Of a stretch of 64,000 nt of DNA, positions 55,921-64,000 are shown in pieces. How positions within the stretch are numbered: position 1 is the first letter of the stretch; every line of letters begins with the position of its first letter. This DNA comes from Gemmatimonadota bacterium (GTDB lineage: Bacteria; Gemmatimonadota; Gemmatimonadetes; Palauibacterales; KS3-K002), in assembly GCA_039586795.1 (NCBI GenBank), contig JBDHJS010000006.1:1-64000 (forward strand), in the 5' to 3' direction. The notes beneath the pieces are model-generated. The model saw only the letters and a list, made by a program, of their open reading frames with translations. It was not told the DNA's origin and searched no databases. The position numbers were made by a program, and so were the translations under genes.

Positions 55921-57540
55921 ATGTTTTCTGGAATACGTGGTCGTTTGCTAGTCATCTTCGGCGTGATGGCGATTTGCGGGTGGGCGCTGGGCGGGCCTGC
56001 CATCCAGGGCAAGGATGATCCGCCACTCAAGCTGGGCCTCGATCTGCAGGGCGGCACCCATCTCGTGCTTCAGGTCGCCGACCCGGATGAAGCCATGTCG
56101 GCCGAAGCGCGTGCCGATGCCGCCGACCGGGCCCGCGAGATCATCACAAACCGTATCGACCAGTTCGGCGTCCGCGAGCCTACCGTGCAGCGCATCGGCG
56201 CCGACCGCCTCATCGTCGAGCTGGCGGGTATTCAGGACGTCGATCGCGCCAAGTCGATCATCGAACAGACGGCGTTCCTCGAGTTCAAGATCCTGACCGA
56301 CGGGATGGATCTGGTTCAGCTCCTGCCCGTCATCGATAGCCTGGTCGTCAGGGCGGTGGGTGAAGAGGCGATCCCCGAGGAAGCCCGGGTGGAAGCCGGC
56401 CCGACGATCGAGCAGCTGTTCCAGCAACAGGATTCAGGTCAGGCGGAGACCGAAGCTCAGGCCGAGCCGGAGCAGGAGCTTCGCCCGCTCACCACGCTGC
56501 TCCTCGACTCCGGCGAGCCCGGAATCTTCCTGGTCGAAGAACCGCAGGTCGAGACCGTTCAGACCTACCTGGCGGTGCCGGAGGTTGCGGCTCGTATTCC
56601 CGAGTCGATCGACGTCGTCTGGGGTGCCGACTCGGACACCCGGGCCGTCGCTGGCAAAGTCTATCGCCCCCTGTACGTCGTCGAGATGCGGCCGCTGATC
56701 ACGGGCGAATACCTGACTAACGCTCAGGCGATCCGCGATCCGCAGACAAACCAGCCGATCGTCCCGTTCGAGCTCACACGGCAGGGCGGCCGCATCTTCG
56801 AGCGCGGTACCGCCCAGCACGTCGGCGATCGCATGGCGATCATCCTCGACGCCAAGGTCCAGGGTAGCCCGCCGGTCATTCGCGACGTACTGCGCGACCG
56901 GGCCCAGATCGAGCTCGGCTCCGGCGCGACACTCGATCAGGCGGCGGACCTGGCGCTGGTGCTGCGCGCCGGCGCCCTGCCGGCTCCCATGGAGATCATC
57001 GAGGAGCGCACCGTCGGGCCGTCACTGGGTCAGGACTCCATCGACCAGGGCAAGGTTGCCGGGATCGTCGGCCTCATCCTCGTCGTTGTGGTGATGATCG
57101 CCTACTACCGGTTTGCCGGCTTGTTGGCGGTCCTCGGCCTGCTGATCTACGTACTCGTCGTTCTCGGCTGCCTGGCCGGTATACAAGCCACGCTCACCGT
57201 CCCGGGCATCGCCGGCCTCATCCTGTCGGTCGGGATGGCCGTGGACGCCAACGTGCTAATCTTCGAGCGAGTACGAGAAGAACTGGAAGGCGGCAAGACG
57301 CCGCGCACCGCGGTCGACTCAGGCTTTCAGAACGCGCTTTCCGCCATCATCGACTCGAACCTGACGACGCTGATCACCGCGACCATCCTGTACCAGTTCG
57401 GGACCCAAACGGTCAAAGGATTCGCGGTCACTCTCTTCATTGGTATCCTGGCGTCATTCTTCACCGCCGTCTTCGTGGTCAGGACTTTCATGATCATCTG
57501 GTTGGAACGCCGCTCGCCCACTGCCGAGCTGCGCATATAG
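55921..57540 (+). CDS. secD: Protein translocase subunit SecD
   Basis: LGLDLQGG, LRAGALPAP, VGPSLG, GMAVDANVLIFER. Confidence 0.97.
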   Translation: MFSGIRGRLLVIFGVMAICGWALGGPAIQGKDDPPLKLGLDLQGGTHLVLQVADPDEAMSAEARADAADRAREIITNRIDQFGVREPTVQRIGADRLIVELAGIQDVDRAKSIIEQTAFLEFKILTDGMDLVQLLPVIDSLVVRAVGEEAIPEEARVEAGPTIEQLFQQQDSGQAETEAQAEPEQELRPLTTLLLDSGEPGIFLVEEPQVETVQTYLAVPEVAARIPESIDVVWGADSDTRAVAGKVYRPLYVVEMRPLITGEYLTNAQAIRDPQTNQPIVPFELTRQGGRIFERGTAQHVGDRMAIILDAKVQGSPPVIRDVLRDRAQIELGSGATLDQAADLALVLRAGALPAPMEIIEERTVGPSLGQDSIDQGKVAGIVGLILVVVVMIAYYRFAGLLAVLGLLIYVLVVLGCLAGIQATLTVPGIAGLILSVGMAVDANVLIFERVREELEGGKTPRTAVDSGFQNALSAIIDSNLTTLITATILYQFGTQTVKGFAVTLFIGILASFFTAVFVVRTFMIIWLERRSPTAELRI

Positions 57541-57555
57541 ACGAGGAAGTCAACG

Positions 57556-58500
57556 ATGCGGGTATTCGCAACAGCGGACTACAAGTTCTTAGAGGTACGC
57601 AGGAAGGCGTACGTCGTCTCAGCGGTGTTCATCGTGATCGGGGTGCTTTCGATCTTCGCACGCGGTGGCCTCAACTACGGCGTCGATTTCACAGGCGGCA
57701 CCCTGTTCCAGGTTCGCTTCGACCATAGCGTGGAGGCGGCCGACATCCGCAGCGCCCTGGGCGAAGCCGGCGTCGCTAACCTTCAGGTTCAGGATTTCGG
57801 CGGCCCCGACGAGTTCCTCATCCGCACCGCCGTCTTCCTCGAGGGCGACCGCGAGCTGGCCGACGTCGTCAGCCAGACCATGTCTGAAGAGTTCGGCGCC
57901 GACTCGTACCAGATCGTCAGGGTCGAGGCCGTCGGCCCGAAAGTGGGCGGCGAACTGCGTCAGCGGGCTATAACAGCGGTGTTGATCTCGTTCTTGCTGA
58001 CTTTACTCTATCTCGGCTTCCGCTTCGAGTGGCGGTTCGGTCTGGCGGCTATCATCGCCACCGTGCACGACGTGCTCATCACGTTTGGGTTGATATCGAT
58101 GCTCAACATCGAGATCTCTCTGCCCACCGTCGCCGCGTTGCTCACGATCATCGGTTACTCGCTCAACGACACGATCGTCATCTTCGATCGCATCCGTGAG
58201 AACCTCAAGAAGCATCGCCGCTTGAAGTACATCGAGATTCTCGATCGCTCGATCAACGAGACGCTGCCCCGTACCGTGATGACCAGTGGTACCACGCTGG
58301 CGGTGCTTCTGGCGCTCGCCGTGCTTGGCGGCGCGGTCCTCCGCGAGTTCATCGTCGTGCTGATCATCGGTGTGCTCATCGGAACGTACTCGTCGATCTT
58401 CGTCGCCTCCCCGGCGCTCCTCGAGGTCGAGCAGCGGTCCGGCGGCGTGCGCAGCAAGACCGACCGGCGGAAGGTGGCGGCAGCCCGCGCCGATGTTTGA
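57556..58500 (+). CDS. secF: Protein translocase subunit SecF
   Basis: GVDFTGG, VGPKVG, GYSLNDTIVIFDRIREN, GTYSSIF. Confidence 0.97.
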   Translation: MRVFATADYKFLEVRRKAYVVSAVFIVIGVLSIFARGGLNYGVDFTGGTLFQVRFDHSVEAADIRSALGEAGVANLQVQDFGGPDEFLIRTAVFLEGDRELADVVSQTMSEEFGADSYQIVRVEAVGPKVGGELRQRAITAVLISFLLTLLYLGFRFEWRFGLAAIIATVHDVLITFGLISMLNIEISLPTVAALLTIIGYSLNDTIVIFDRIRENLKKHRRLKYIEILDRSINETLPRTVMTSGTTLAVLLALAVLGGAVLREFIVVLIIGVLIGTYSSIFVASPALLEVEQRSGGVRSKTDRRKVAAARADV

Positions 58501-59267
58501 AGCTCTTTGATTCGCACGCCCATCTGACCGACGAGAGCCTCTCGTCAGAGCTCGACGCTGTCCTGGCCCGAGCGGCCGACGCCGGCGTCGAGCTCGTCGT
58601 TTCCATCGCCAGTGACCTCCGCGATGCCGAAGCGGCGATCGGAATCGCCGATCGCTCTTCCAGGCCGCGCGTCTTTGCCACCGCGGGGATCCATCCACAC
58701 GCGGCGGAGCAATTCAGCGACTCGTCCATCGCCGAGCTCGAGCGGCTCCTCGAACCCGACTCGGTCGTCGCCGTCGGCGAGACCGGCCTCGACTTCTACT
58801 ACGACAACGCGCCCCGGGAGACGCAGATCGCCGCCTTCCGCGCGCAGGTCCAGCTCGCCGAGCGCCGCGGGCTACCCGTCGTCGTTCACGCCAGGGAAGC
58901 CGACGCCCAGGTCGCCGAGATCGTTAGCGAGCACGCCGGCCGCGTCACCGGCGTCTTGCACTGCTTCAGCAGCGGGCCGGACCTGCTGGAGACGGGACTC
59001 GATTGCGATTGGTACGTGTCCTTCTCGGGTCTGATCACCTTCAAGAAGTACGATGGCCATGACCTCGTGCGCCGTGTCCCGGACGACCGGTTGCTGGTAG
59101 AAACGGACAGCCCCTACCTGGCTCCCGTGCCGCGACGCGGGCGGCGGAACGAACCGGCGTTGGTCGAGCACACCGTCGCCAAGCTCGCCGAGATCAGGTC
59201 CCAGCCGCTGGAGCGGGTGGCGGAGCTGACGTACGAGAATGCGTGTCGGTTCTATGCGCTCGCCTAG
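58497..59267 (+). CDS. TatD family hydrolase
   Basis: DSHAH, GIHPH, VGETGLD, VHARE, HCF, ETDSPY. Confidence 0.93.
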   Translation: MKLFDSHAHLTDESLSSELDAVLARAADAGVELVVSIASDLRDAEAAIGIADRSSRPRVFATAGIHPHAAEQFSDSSIAELERLLEPDSVVAVGETGLDFYYDNAPRETQIAAFRAQVQLAERRGLPVVVHAREADAQVAEIVSEHAGRVTGVLHCFSSGPDLLETGLDCDWYVSFSGLITFKKYDGHDLVRRVPDDRLLVETDSPYLAPVPRRGRRNEPALVEHTVAKLAEIRSQPLERVAELTYENACRFYALA

Positions 59268-59270
59268 CGG

Positions 59271-59351
59271 CAATCATCAATCCTCAACACCTAATCCTCA
59301 ATCATCCACAAATCTGGGAATTGAGGACTAGGTGTTAATGATTGAGCATTG
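59271..59351. repeat. Heptamer-repeat hairpin, family A
   Basis: caatcat caatcct caacacc taatcct caatcat / attgagg actaggt gttaatg attgagc attg. Confidence 0.8.
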
Positions 59352-59398
59352 CGAAGCATCCGCTTGATGAGCCCGCGCCCTTCAAATAGCTTCGCTCC

Positions 59399-61147
59399 AT
59401 GCAAAGACGTGTAAGAATCCTCCCCGACCACATCGCCAATCAGATTGCGGCCGGCGAGGTAGTCGAGCGGCCAGCGTCCGCAGTGAAGGAGCTGATCGAA
59501 AACGCACTCGACGCTCGGGCCAACCGCGTGGAGATCGAGGTGCGGAACGGCGGCAAGACGGAAATTCGCGTCGCCGACGACGGCCACGGCATGGCTCGCG
59601 ACGATGCGCTGCTCGCCATCGATCGACACGCAACATCCAAGGTCCAGGACGAGAGCGATCTTCGAGCGATTCAGACCCTAGGGTTTCGCGGCGAAGCGCT
59701 GCCCTCCATCGCCGCGGTCTCCAGGTTCGAGCTCGATACCGCCCAGGCCCAAGGGGAAGGGACGCGCATCAAGATCGACGGTGGCCGCGTCGTCGCCGTT
59801 GATGAGATCTCGCGCCGAGCCGGCACCACCGTCAGCGTCCGCTCCCTCTTCTTCAACGTGCCGGCGCGCGCCAAGTTCTTACGTTCGGCGGCGGCCGAGA
59901 CCCGGGCCATCTCCGAAACGGCGATCGCGCTCTCGCTTGCTAATTTAAGTACTGGCATACACTTACGGTCCAACGACCGCGAACTGCTCGACCTCCCGCG
60001 CACCACCGATCTGGCCGCCCGCATCGCGGCGATCTGGGGTGACGAGCTCGCCTCGACCCTCCTACCCATCGATCACGCGTCCGGCGACATCCGTGTCGCG
60101 GGTCTCATCCAGCGGCCCGCCGATACGCGGCCGGGCTCGCGGCGCGTCTATCTGTTCGTGAACGGCCGGCCGTTTGTCGATCGCTTCATCGTTCGCGCGG
60201 CGGAGGAAGGCTACAGGACGACGGTGCCGCACGGCTATCGGCCGGCTCTGTTCCTCTATCTCGAGCTGCCGCCCGACGAAGTGGATGTGAACGTCCACCC
60301 GACGAAAGCCGAAGTTCGCTTCCGCAACAAGATCAAGATGGAGGCGACGGTTACCGAGGCGGTTCGCGCGGGGCTGGAAGGCCTGGAGAGCGCGCCGGGC
60401 GTCGAACGCTTTCCCGGGAGCATGTCTCAGCTTGTTGCGCCCGGCGCCTCTTTCCCGGTACCACCGCCGAGCTCGCCCGGCAAAGAGGAAGGGCAGATGG
60501 CGTTCTTCGTGCCCAGCGAGGCGCCCGCTGAGGATGAAGAGTCAGAAGCGCCGAGCGAGGCTGCGGCTTCTCGCTACGGCGCGATGTGGCAATTGCATAA
60601 TGCGTATATACTCGCCGAGACTCGCAGCGGCTTGATCATCGTCGATCAACACTCCGCTCACGAGCGAGTGCTATTCGAGCAGATCATGCGCGACTACGAC
60701 CAGGAGAGCGCCGTATCGCAAAGGCTTCTCTTTCCGATCACCATCCGCCTGTCGCCGACCGAGATGCAGGCGACGGAAGAGATCAAAGGGATCCTGCACC
60801 AGGTCGGCTTCGAGATCGAAGGGTTCGGCGACAACACGGTGATCATCAACTCCGTTCCCAACCCGCATCCCCGCTTCGATGGCGAACGCTGCTTTCGAGA
60901 GATGGTGGCGGAGCTGGCGCACGGCTCGCCCCTCGTCGACTCGGCTCGCAACCAGCACGAGCGCGTCGCCAAGTCGTTCGCCTGCAAGGCGGCGATCAAG
61001 GCCGGGCAGCCGCTCTCTGACGATGAGATGGAAGAGTTGTTTGACCGTCTCTTCGCGTCGGAACTTCCCAGCCACGATGTGCACGGCCGGCCCACCATCC
61101 TGCGTCTCTCGCTGGATGAGCTATCACGGCGCTTCGGTCGAAGCTGA
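59399..61147 (+). CDS. mutL: DNA mismatch repair endonuclease
   Basis: NQIAAGEVVERP, GFRGEAL, DVNVHPTK, DQHSAHER, ACKAAIK. Confidence 0.97.
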   Translation: MQRRVRILPDHIANQIAAGEVVERPASAVKELIENALDARANRVEIEVRNGGKTEIRVADDGHGMARDDALLAIDRHATSKVQDESDLRAIQTLGFRGEALPSIAAVSRFELDTAQAQGEGTRIKIDGGRVVAVDEISRRAGTTVSVRSLFFNVPARAKFLRSAAAETRAISETAIALSLANLSTGIHLRSNDRELLDLPRTTDLAARIAAIWGDELASTLLPIDHASGDIRVAGLIQRPADTRPGSRRVYLFVNGRPFVDRFIVRAAEEGYRTTVPHGYRPALFLYLELPPDEVDVNVHPTKAEVRFRNKIKMEATVTEAVRAGLEGLESAPGVERFPGSMSQLVAPGASFPVPPPSSPGKEEGQMAFFVPSEAPAEDEESEAPSEAAASRYGAMWQLHNAYILAETRSGLIIVDQHSAHERVLFEQIMRDYDQESAVSQRLLFPITIRLSPTEMQATEEIKGILHQVGFEIEGFGDNTVIINSVPNPHPRFDGERCFREMVAELAHGSPLVDSARNQHERVAKSFACKAAIKAGQPLSDDEMEELFDRLFASELPSHDVHGRPTILRLSLDELSRRFGRS

Positions 61148-61162
61148 GACCCGCCACACACG

Positions 61163-62116
61163 ATGAACTCTCGTCCGGCCACCGAAGCGATCGTCATCAC
61201 CGGACCGACCGGGGCGGGGAAGACGACGCTCGCCGTCGAAGTGGCGGAGCAGGTTGGTGGTTCAATCATCTCCGCCGACTCCAGACAGGTGTACCGGGGG
61301 ATGGATATCGGCACCGCGAAGCCCGGGCCCGAACTCCGTAAGCGTTTGCCACATAATGGGTTAGATCTCGTCGATCCCGACGAGGGCTACAGCGCCGGGC
61401 GCTTCGCTCGAGATGCTTGGGTGTGGATCGACCAGATCACCGCGGACGGCCGTGTGCCCGTCATCGCCGGCGGCACCGGCTTCTTCATTCGATCGCTACT
61501 CGAGCCGCTGGGCCCGGAACCCGACCTCGAGCCGGAACGCCGGGACGATCTCCGCCGTTACCTATCGGGACTGGCGCCTGACGAGCTGAAGCGGTGGTTG
61601 CGGCGATTGGATCCGCTGCGGGCGTCGCGCTTCGAGAACGAAGGCGGTGGCCAGCGCCTGTCGCGCTCGCTGGAGGTGGCGCTGCTGTCCGGGCAACCAC
61701 ACACACGGTGGCTGGAGCGCCCGCCTGAGACCCGAGCGTTGTCCGCCCTCGTCTTTTGCCTGGAGCTGCCGCGCGAGGTGCTGTACGAGCGGATCAACGC
61801 CCGCTTCGATCGGATGATGGAGCAGGGGCTGCTGGATGAAGTGCGCGGCCTGCTCGAGCGCCATTCGACGGACGCACCGGGGCTCGATTCGCTAGGCTAT
61901 GCCGAGCTCGCACGCCACGTGCACGGCGAGCTGTCGCTGGAGGAAGCGGTCGAAGAAGCGAAGCGCAACACGCGGCGGTTTGCCAAGCGGCAGATGACGT
62001 GGTTTCGGCATCAGTTGCCGGAAGGTGCCGTTTGGCTTGATGGCCGCCAGTCGATAGGACAGCTAGTGGCGTCGGTCTTGTCGAACTGGCAAGACCCAAC
62101 TTTGGAGACGCGATGA
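61163..62116 (+). CDS. miaA: tRNA dimethylallyltransferase
   Basis: GPTGAGKT, DSRQVYRGMDIGTAK, GGTGF, AKRQMTWF. Confidence 0.96.
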   Translation: MNSRPATEAIVITGPTGAGKTTLAVEVAEQVGGSIISADSRQVYRGMDIGTAKPGPELRKRLPHNGLDLVDPDEGYSAGRFARDAWVWIDQITADGRVPVIAGGTGFFIRSLLEPLGPEPDLEPERRDDLRRYLSGLAPDELKRWLRRLDPLRASRFENEGGGQRLSRSLEVALLSGQPHTRWLERPPETRALSALVFCLELPREVLYERINARFDRMMEQGLLDEVRGLLERHSTDAPGLDSLGYAELARHVHGELSLEEAVEEAKRNTRRFAKRQMTWFRHQLPEGAVWLDGRQSIGQLVASVLSNWQDPTLETR

Positions 62117-62118
62117 CA

Positions 62119-62233
62119 AATCACACTCATCAATCGCTCAATCGATCAGCTCTCAATCATAGACCGTTTTCCCCTGATAAATGAGGGCTGAGTTGTTGAT
62201 GAGTGTGATTGAACCTTGGACACTAGATCTTAG
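62119..62233. repeat. Palindromic intergenic element, family B full copy
   Basis: aatcacactcatcaa (62119) inverted to ttgatgagtgtgatt (62196); core shared with 10495 and 42731. Confidence 0.8.
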
Positions 62234-62302
62234 ACGTCGACAGCCCGTTGACAGTAAGGCGGACCTAGCAAACCAACCCAACCCCAGCTAGCTTCCGCGC
62301 AA

Positions 62303-63430
62303 ATGAAGATTGGCATCGCCTGTTACCCGACCTACGGCGGAAGCGGCGCCGTCGCCACCGAGCTGGGCATGCGCCTGGCCCAGCGCGGGCACGAAGTGCA
62401 TTTCGTGTCCTACGCGCACCCTTTCCGCCTGCCACGCTTCCTGCGCAACACGTATTTCCACGAGATCGAGGTGTCTCGCTACCCGCTGTTCGAGTACCCG
62501 CCGTACTCGCTTGCGGCGACCGTGGCCATGCACGAGGTGGCGACCCAGCGGCACCTGGATCTCTTCCACGTGCACTATGCCGTGCCTCACGCTACGTCGG
62601 CGCTGCTCGCCAAGCAGATGCTCGAGCCGCCCGACGATCTCAAGATCGTCACGACGCTGCACGGCACCGACATCACGCTGGTCGGACAGGATCCATCGTA
62701 CCGGTCGATCGTGAGGTATTCCATCGAGGCGTCCGACGGGCTCACCGCCGTTTCCGAATTCCTGAAACGCGAGACCATCGCCGCGTTCGGTTGCTCGAGC
62801 TGCGAGGTCCGCGTGATTCCTAACTTCGTCGACACAGAGCATTTCCGACGCGATACCAACCGACGGAATCGAAACGCCCTGGCCGAGCCGGACGAGAAGA
62901 TCATCATGCACATCTCGAATTTCCGGCCGGTGAAGCGCGTTGACGATGTGGTTCGGGTCGCCGCCCGTGTGATGGAGAAGGTCCCGGCCCGGCTCATCTT
63001 GGTCGGCGATGGCCCCGATCGACACATGGCCGAAGAGCGGGCGCGCAACCTCGGTATCGGCGCCCGAGTCGTCTTCCTCGGCAAGCAGGAGCAGGTGAAC
63101 GAGTTGTTGTCCTGTGCCGACCTCTTCATCCTGCCCAGCGAGTCGGAATCGTTCGGGTTGTCGGCCCTGGAAGCGATGGCCGCTGAGGTCCCCGTCGTTG
63201 GCACCCGTAACGGCGGCCTGGAAGAGGTCGTCGAGGACGGGGTCGCCGGACGTCTGTTCCCGGTGGGCGCCGTGGACGCGATGGCCGACGCCGCCACCGA
63301 GATCCTCAGCGACGACCAGCGAGGCCGCGAGATGGGGCAGGCCGGCCGCGCCCTCGCCATGGAGAAGTACTCCGTCGAGCGCATCCTCTCCATGTACGAG
63401 TCCTACTACATCGAGACACTGAAGAAGTGA
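62303..63430 (+). CDS. bshA: N-acetyl-alpha-D-glucosaminyl L-malate synthase (GT4)
   Basis: MKIGIACYPTYGGSG, YPLFEYPPY, HVHYAVPHA, TTLHGTDIT, HISNFRPVKR, ESFGL. Confidence 0.93.
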   Translation: MKIGIACYPTYGGSGAVATELGMRLAQRGHEVHFVSYAHPFRLPRFLRNTYFHEIEVSRYPLFEYPPYSLAATVAMHEVATQRHLDLFHVHYAVPHATSALLAKQMLEPPDDLKIVTTLHGTDITLVGQDPSYRSIVRYSIEASDGLTAVSEFLKRETIAAFGCSSCEVRVIPNFVDTEHFRRDTNRRNRNALAEPDEKIIMHISNFRPVKRVDDVVRVAARVMEKVPARLILVGDGPDRHMAEERARNLGIGARVVFLGKQEQVNELLSCADLFILPSESESFGLSALEAMAAEVPVVGTRNGGLEEVVEDGVAGRLFPVGAVDAMADAATEILSDDQRGREMGQAGRALAMEKYSVERILSMYESYYIETLKK

Positions 63431-63467
63431 CCCCCCACCCCCAACCCCCAACCTCCTACGTCTTCAG

Positions 63468-64000
63468 ATGACCTTGCTCCAGGCTGTAATCCTCGGCGCC
63501 CTCCAGGGACTCACCGAGTTCTTCCCGGTCTCCAGTTCCGGACACCTGGTGCTGGCGGAGTCGCTGCTCGGGGTTAACCCGCCCGGCGTGTCGTTCGAGG
63601 TGATGGTTCACCTGGCCACCGTCTTCTCGGTCATCGTGCTCTACCGTCGACGGCTTATCGGGCTGGTGTCGGGGCTCTTCCGCCTGCAACGGGATGCCCT
63701 AACCTACGTGGGGATGCTCCTCCTCGCCTCCGTGCCCGCCGGGCTGGTGGGTGTGACGCTGGCGGACGCGATCGGCGGCCTGTTCGATCGTCCGGCCCTT
63801 GCCGCACTCAACCTGTTGGTCACCGGTTGCATCGTCTACGCCACGCGCTGGCTTCTCGACCGTGGCGATCGCCGCGACCCGGGGTGGGGCGGGTCGGTCA
63901 TCGTCGGCATCGCGCAGGCGCTGGCCATCCTTCCCGGCATCTCGCGATCCGGCTTCACGGTGGCGGCGGCACTCTGGCGGAAGACCGGTCGCGAGGCGGC
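63468..64000 (+). CDS. uppP: Undecaprenyl-diphosphate phosphatase, partial (runs off window; absent from ORF track)
   Basis: MTLLQAVILGALQGLTEFFPVSSSGHL ... AILPGISRSG. Confidence 0.92.
   Translation, partial: MTLLQAVILGALQGLTEFFPVSSSGHLVLAESLLGVNPPGVSFEVMVHLATVFSVIVLYRRRLIGLVSGLFRLQRDALTYVGMLLLASVPAGLVGVTLADAIGGLFDRPALAALNLLVTGCIVYATRWLLDRGDRRDPGWGGSVIVGIAQALAILPGISRSGFTVAAALWRKTGREA

Noticed and set aside
59302..59310. DnaA box / replication origin
   Set aside because: Single mismatched 9-mer (TCATCCACA) inside a repeat, with no cluster of boxes
1015..62233. Repeats as a CRISPR array
   Set aside because: Copies are dispersed or short tandem units without unique spacers; no cas genes seen

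Overview
High-GC bacterial chromosomal window. Gene order and gene families suggest Gemmatimonadota (inference, not searched). Most of it is core genome: tRNA-Ser(TGA), tRNA-Ser(GCT)-gltX, a LexA-like gene, tadA, pyrRBC, rpsT, scpAB-rluB followed by a MoxR/Bat operon, pcm, selD, trkAH, tRNA-Ile2, secDF-tatD, mutL-miaA, bshA and uppP. Accessory parts are a small carbohydrate/transport and signalling region (1-10 kb) and a type IV minor-pilin cluster with two tandem large PilX-like paralogs. No CRISPR array, integrase, transposase or rRNA was seen. Most notable observations: (1) a LexA homolog lacking the cleavage site and both catalytic residues, preceded by a ~200-nt highly structured leader; (2) twin PilX-like pilins differing mainly in a swapped central domain and separated by a terminator; (3) selD split by the ORF track at an in-frame UGA with a SECIS-like hairpin (selenoprotein); (4) several families of dispersed intergenic repeats, mostly with 7-nt period and palindromic, often flanked by skewed synonymous codon usage; (5) a large secreted clan GH-D-like protein with no obvious family. 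All calls are by eye from sequence and motifs; no searches or folding were run.
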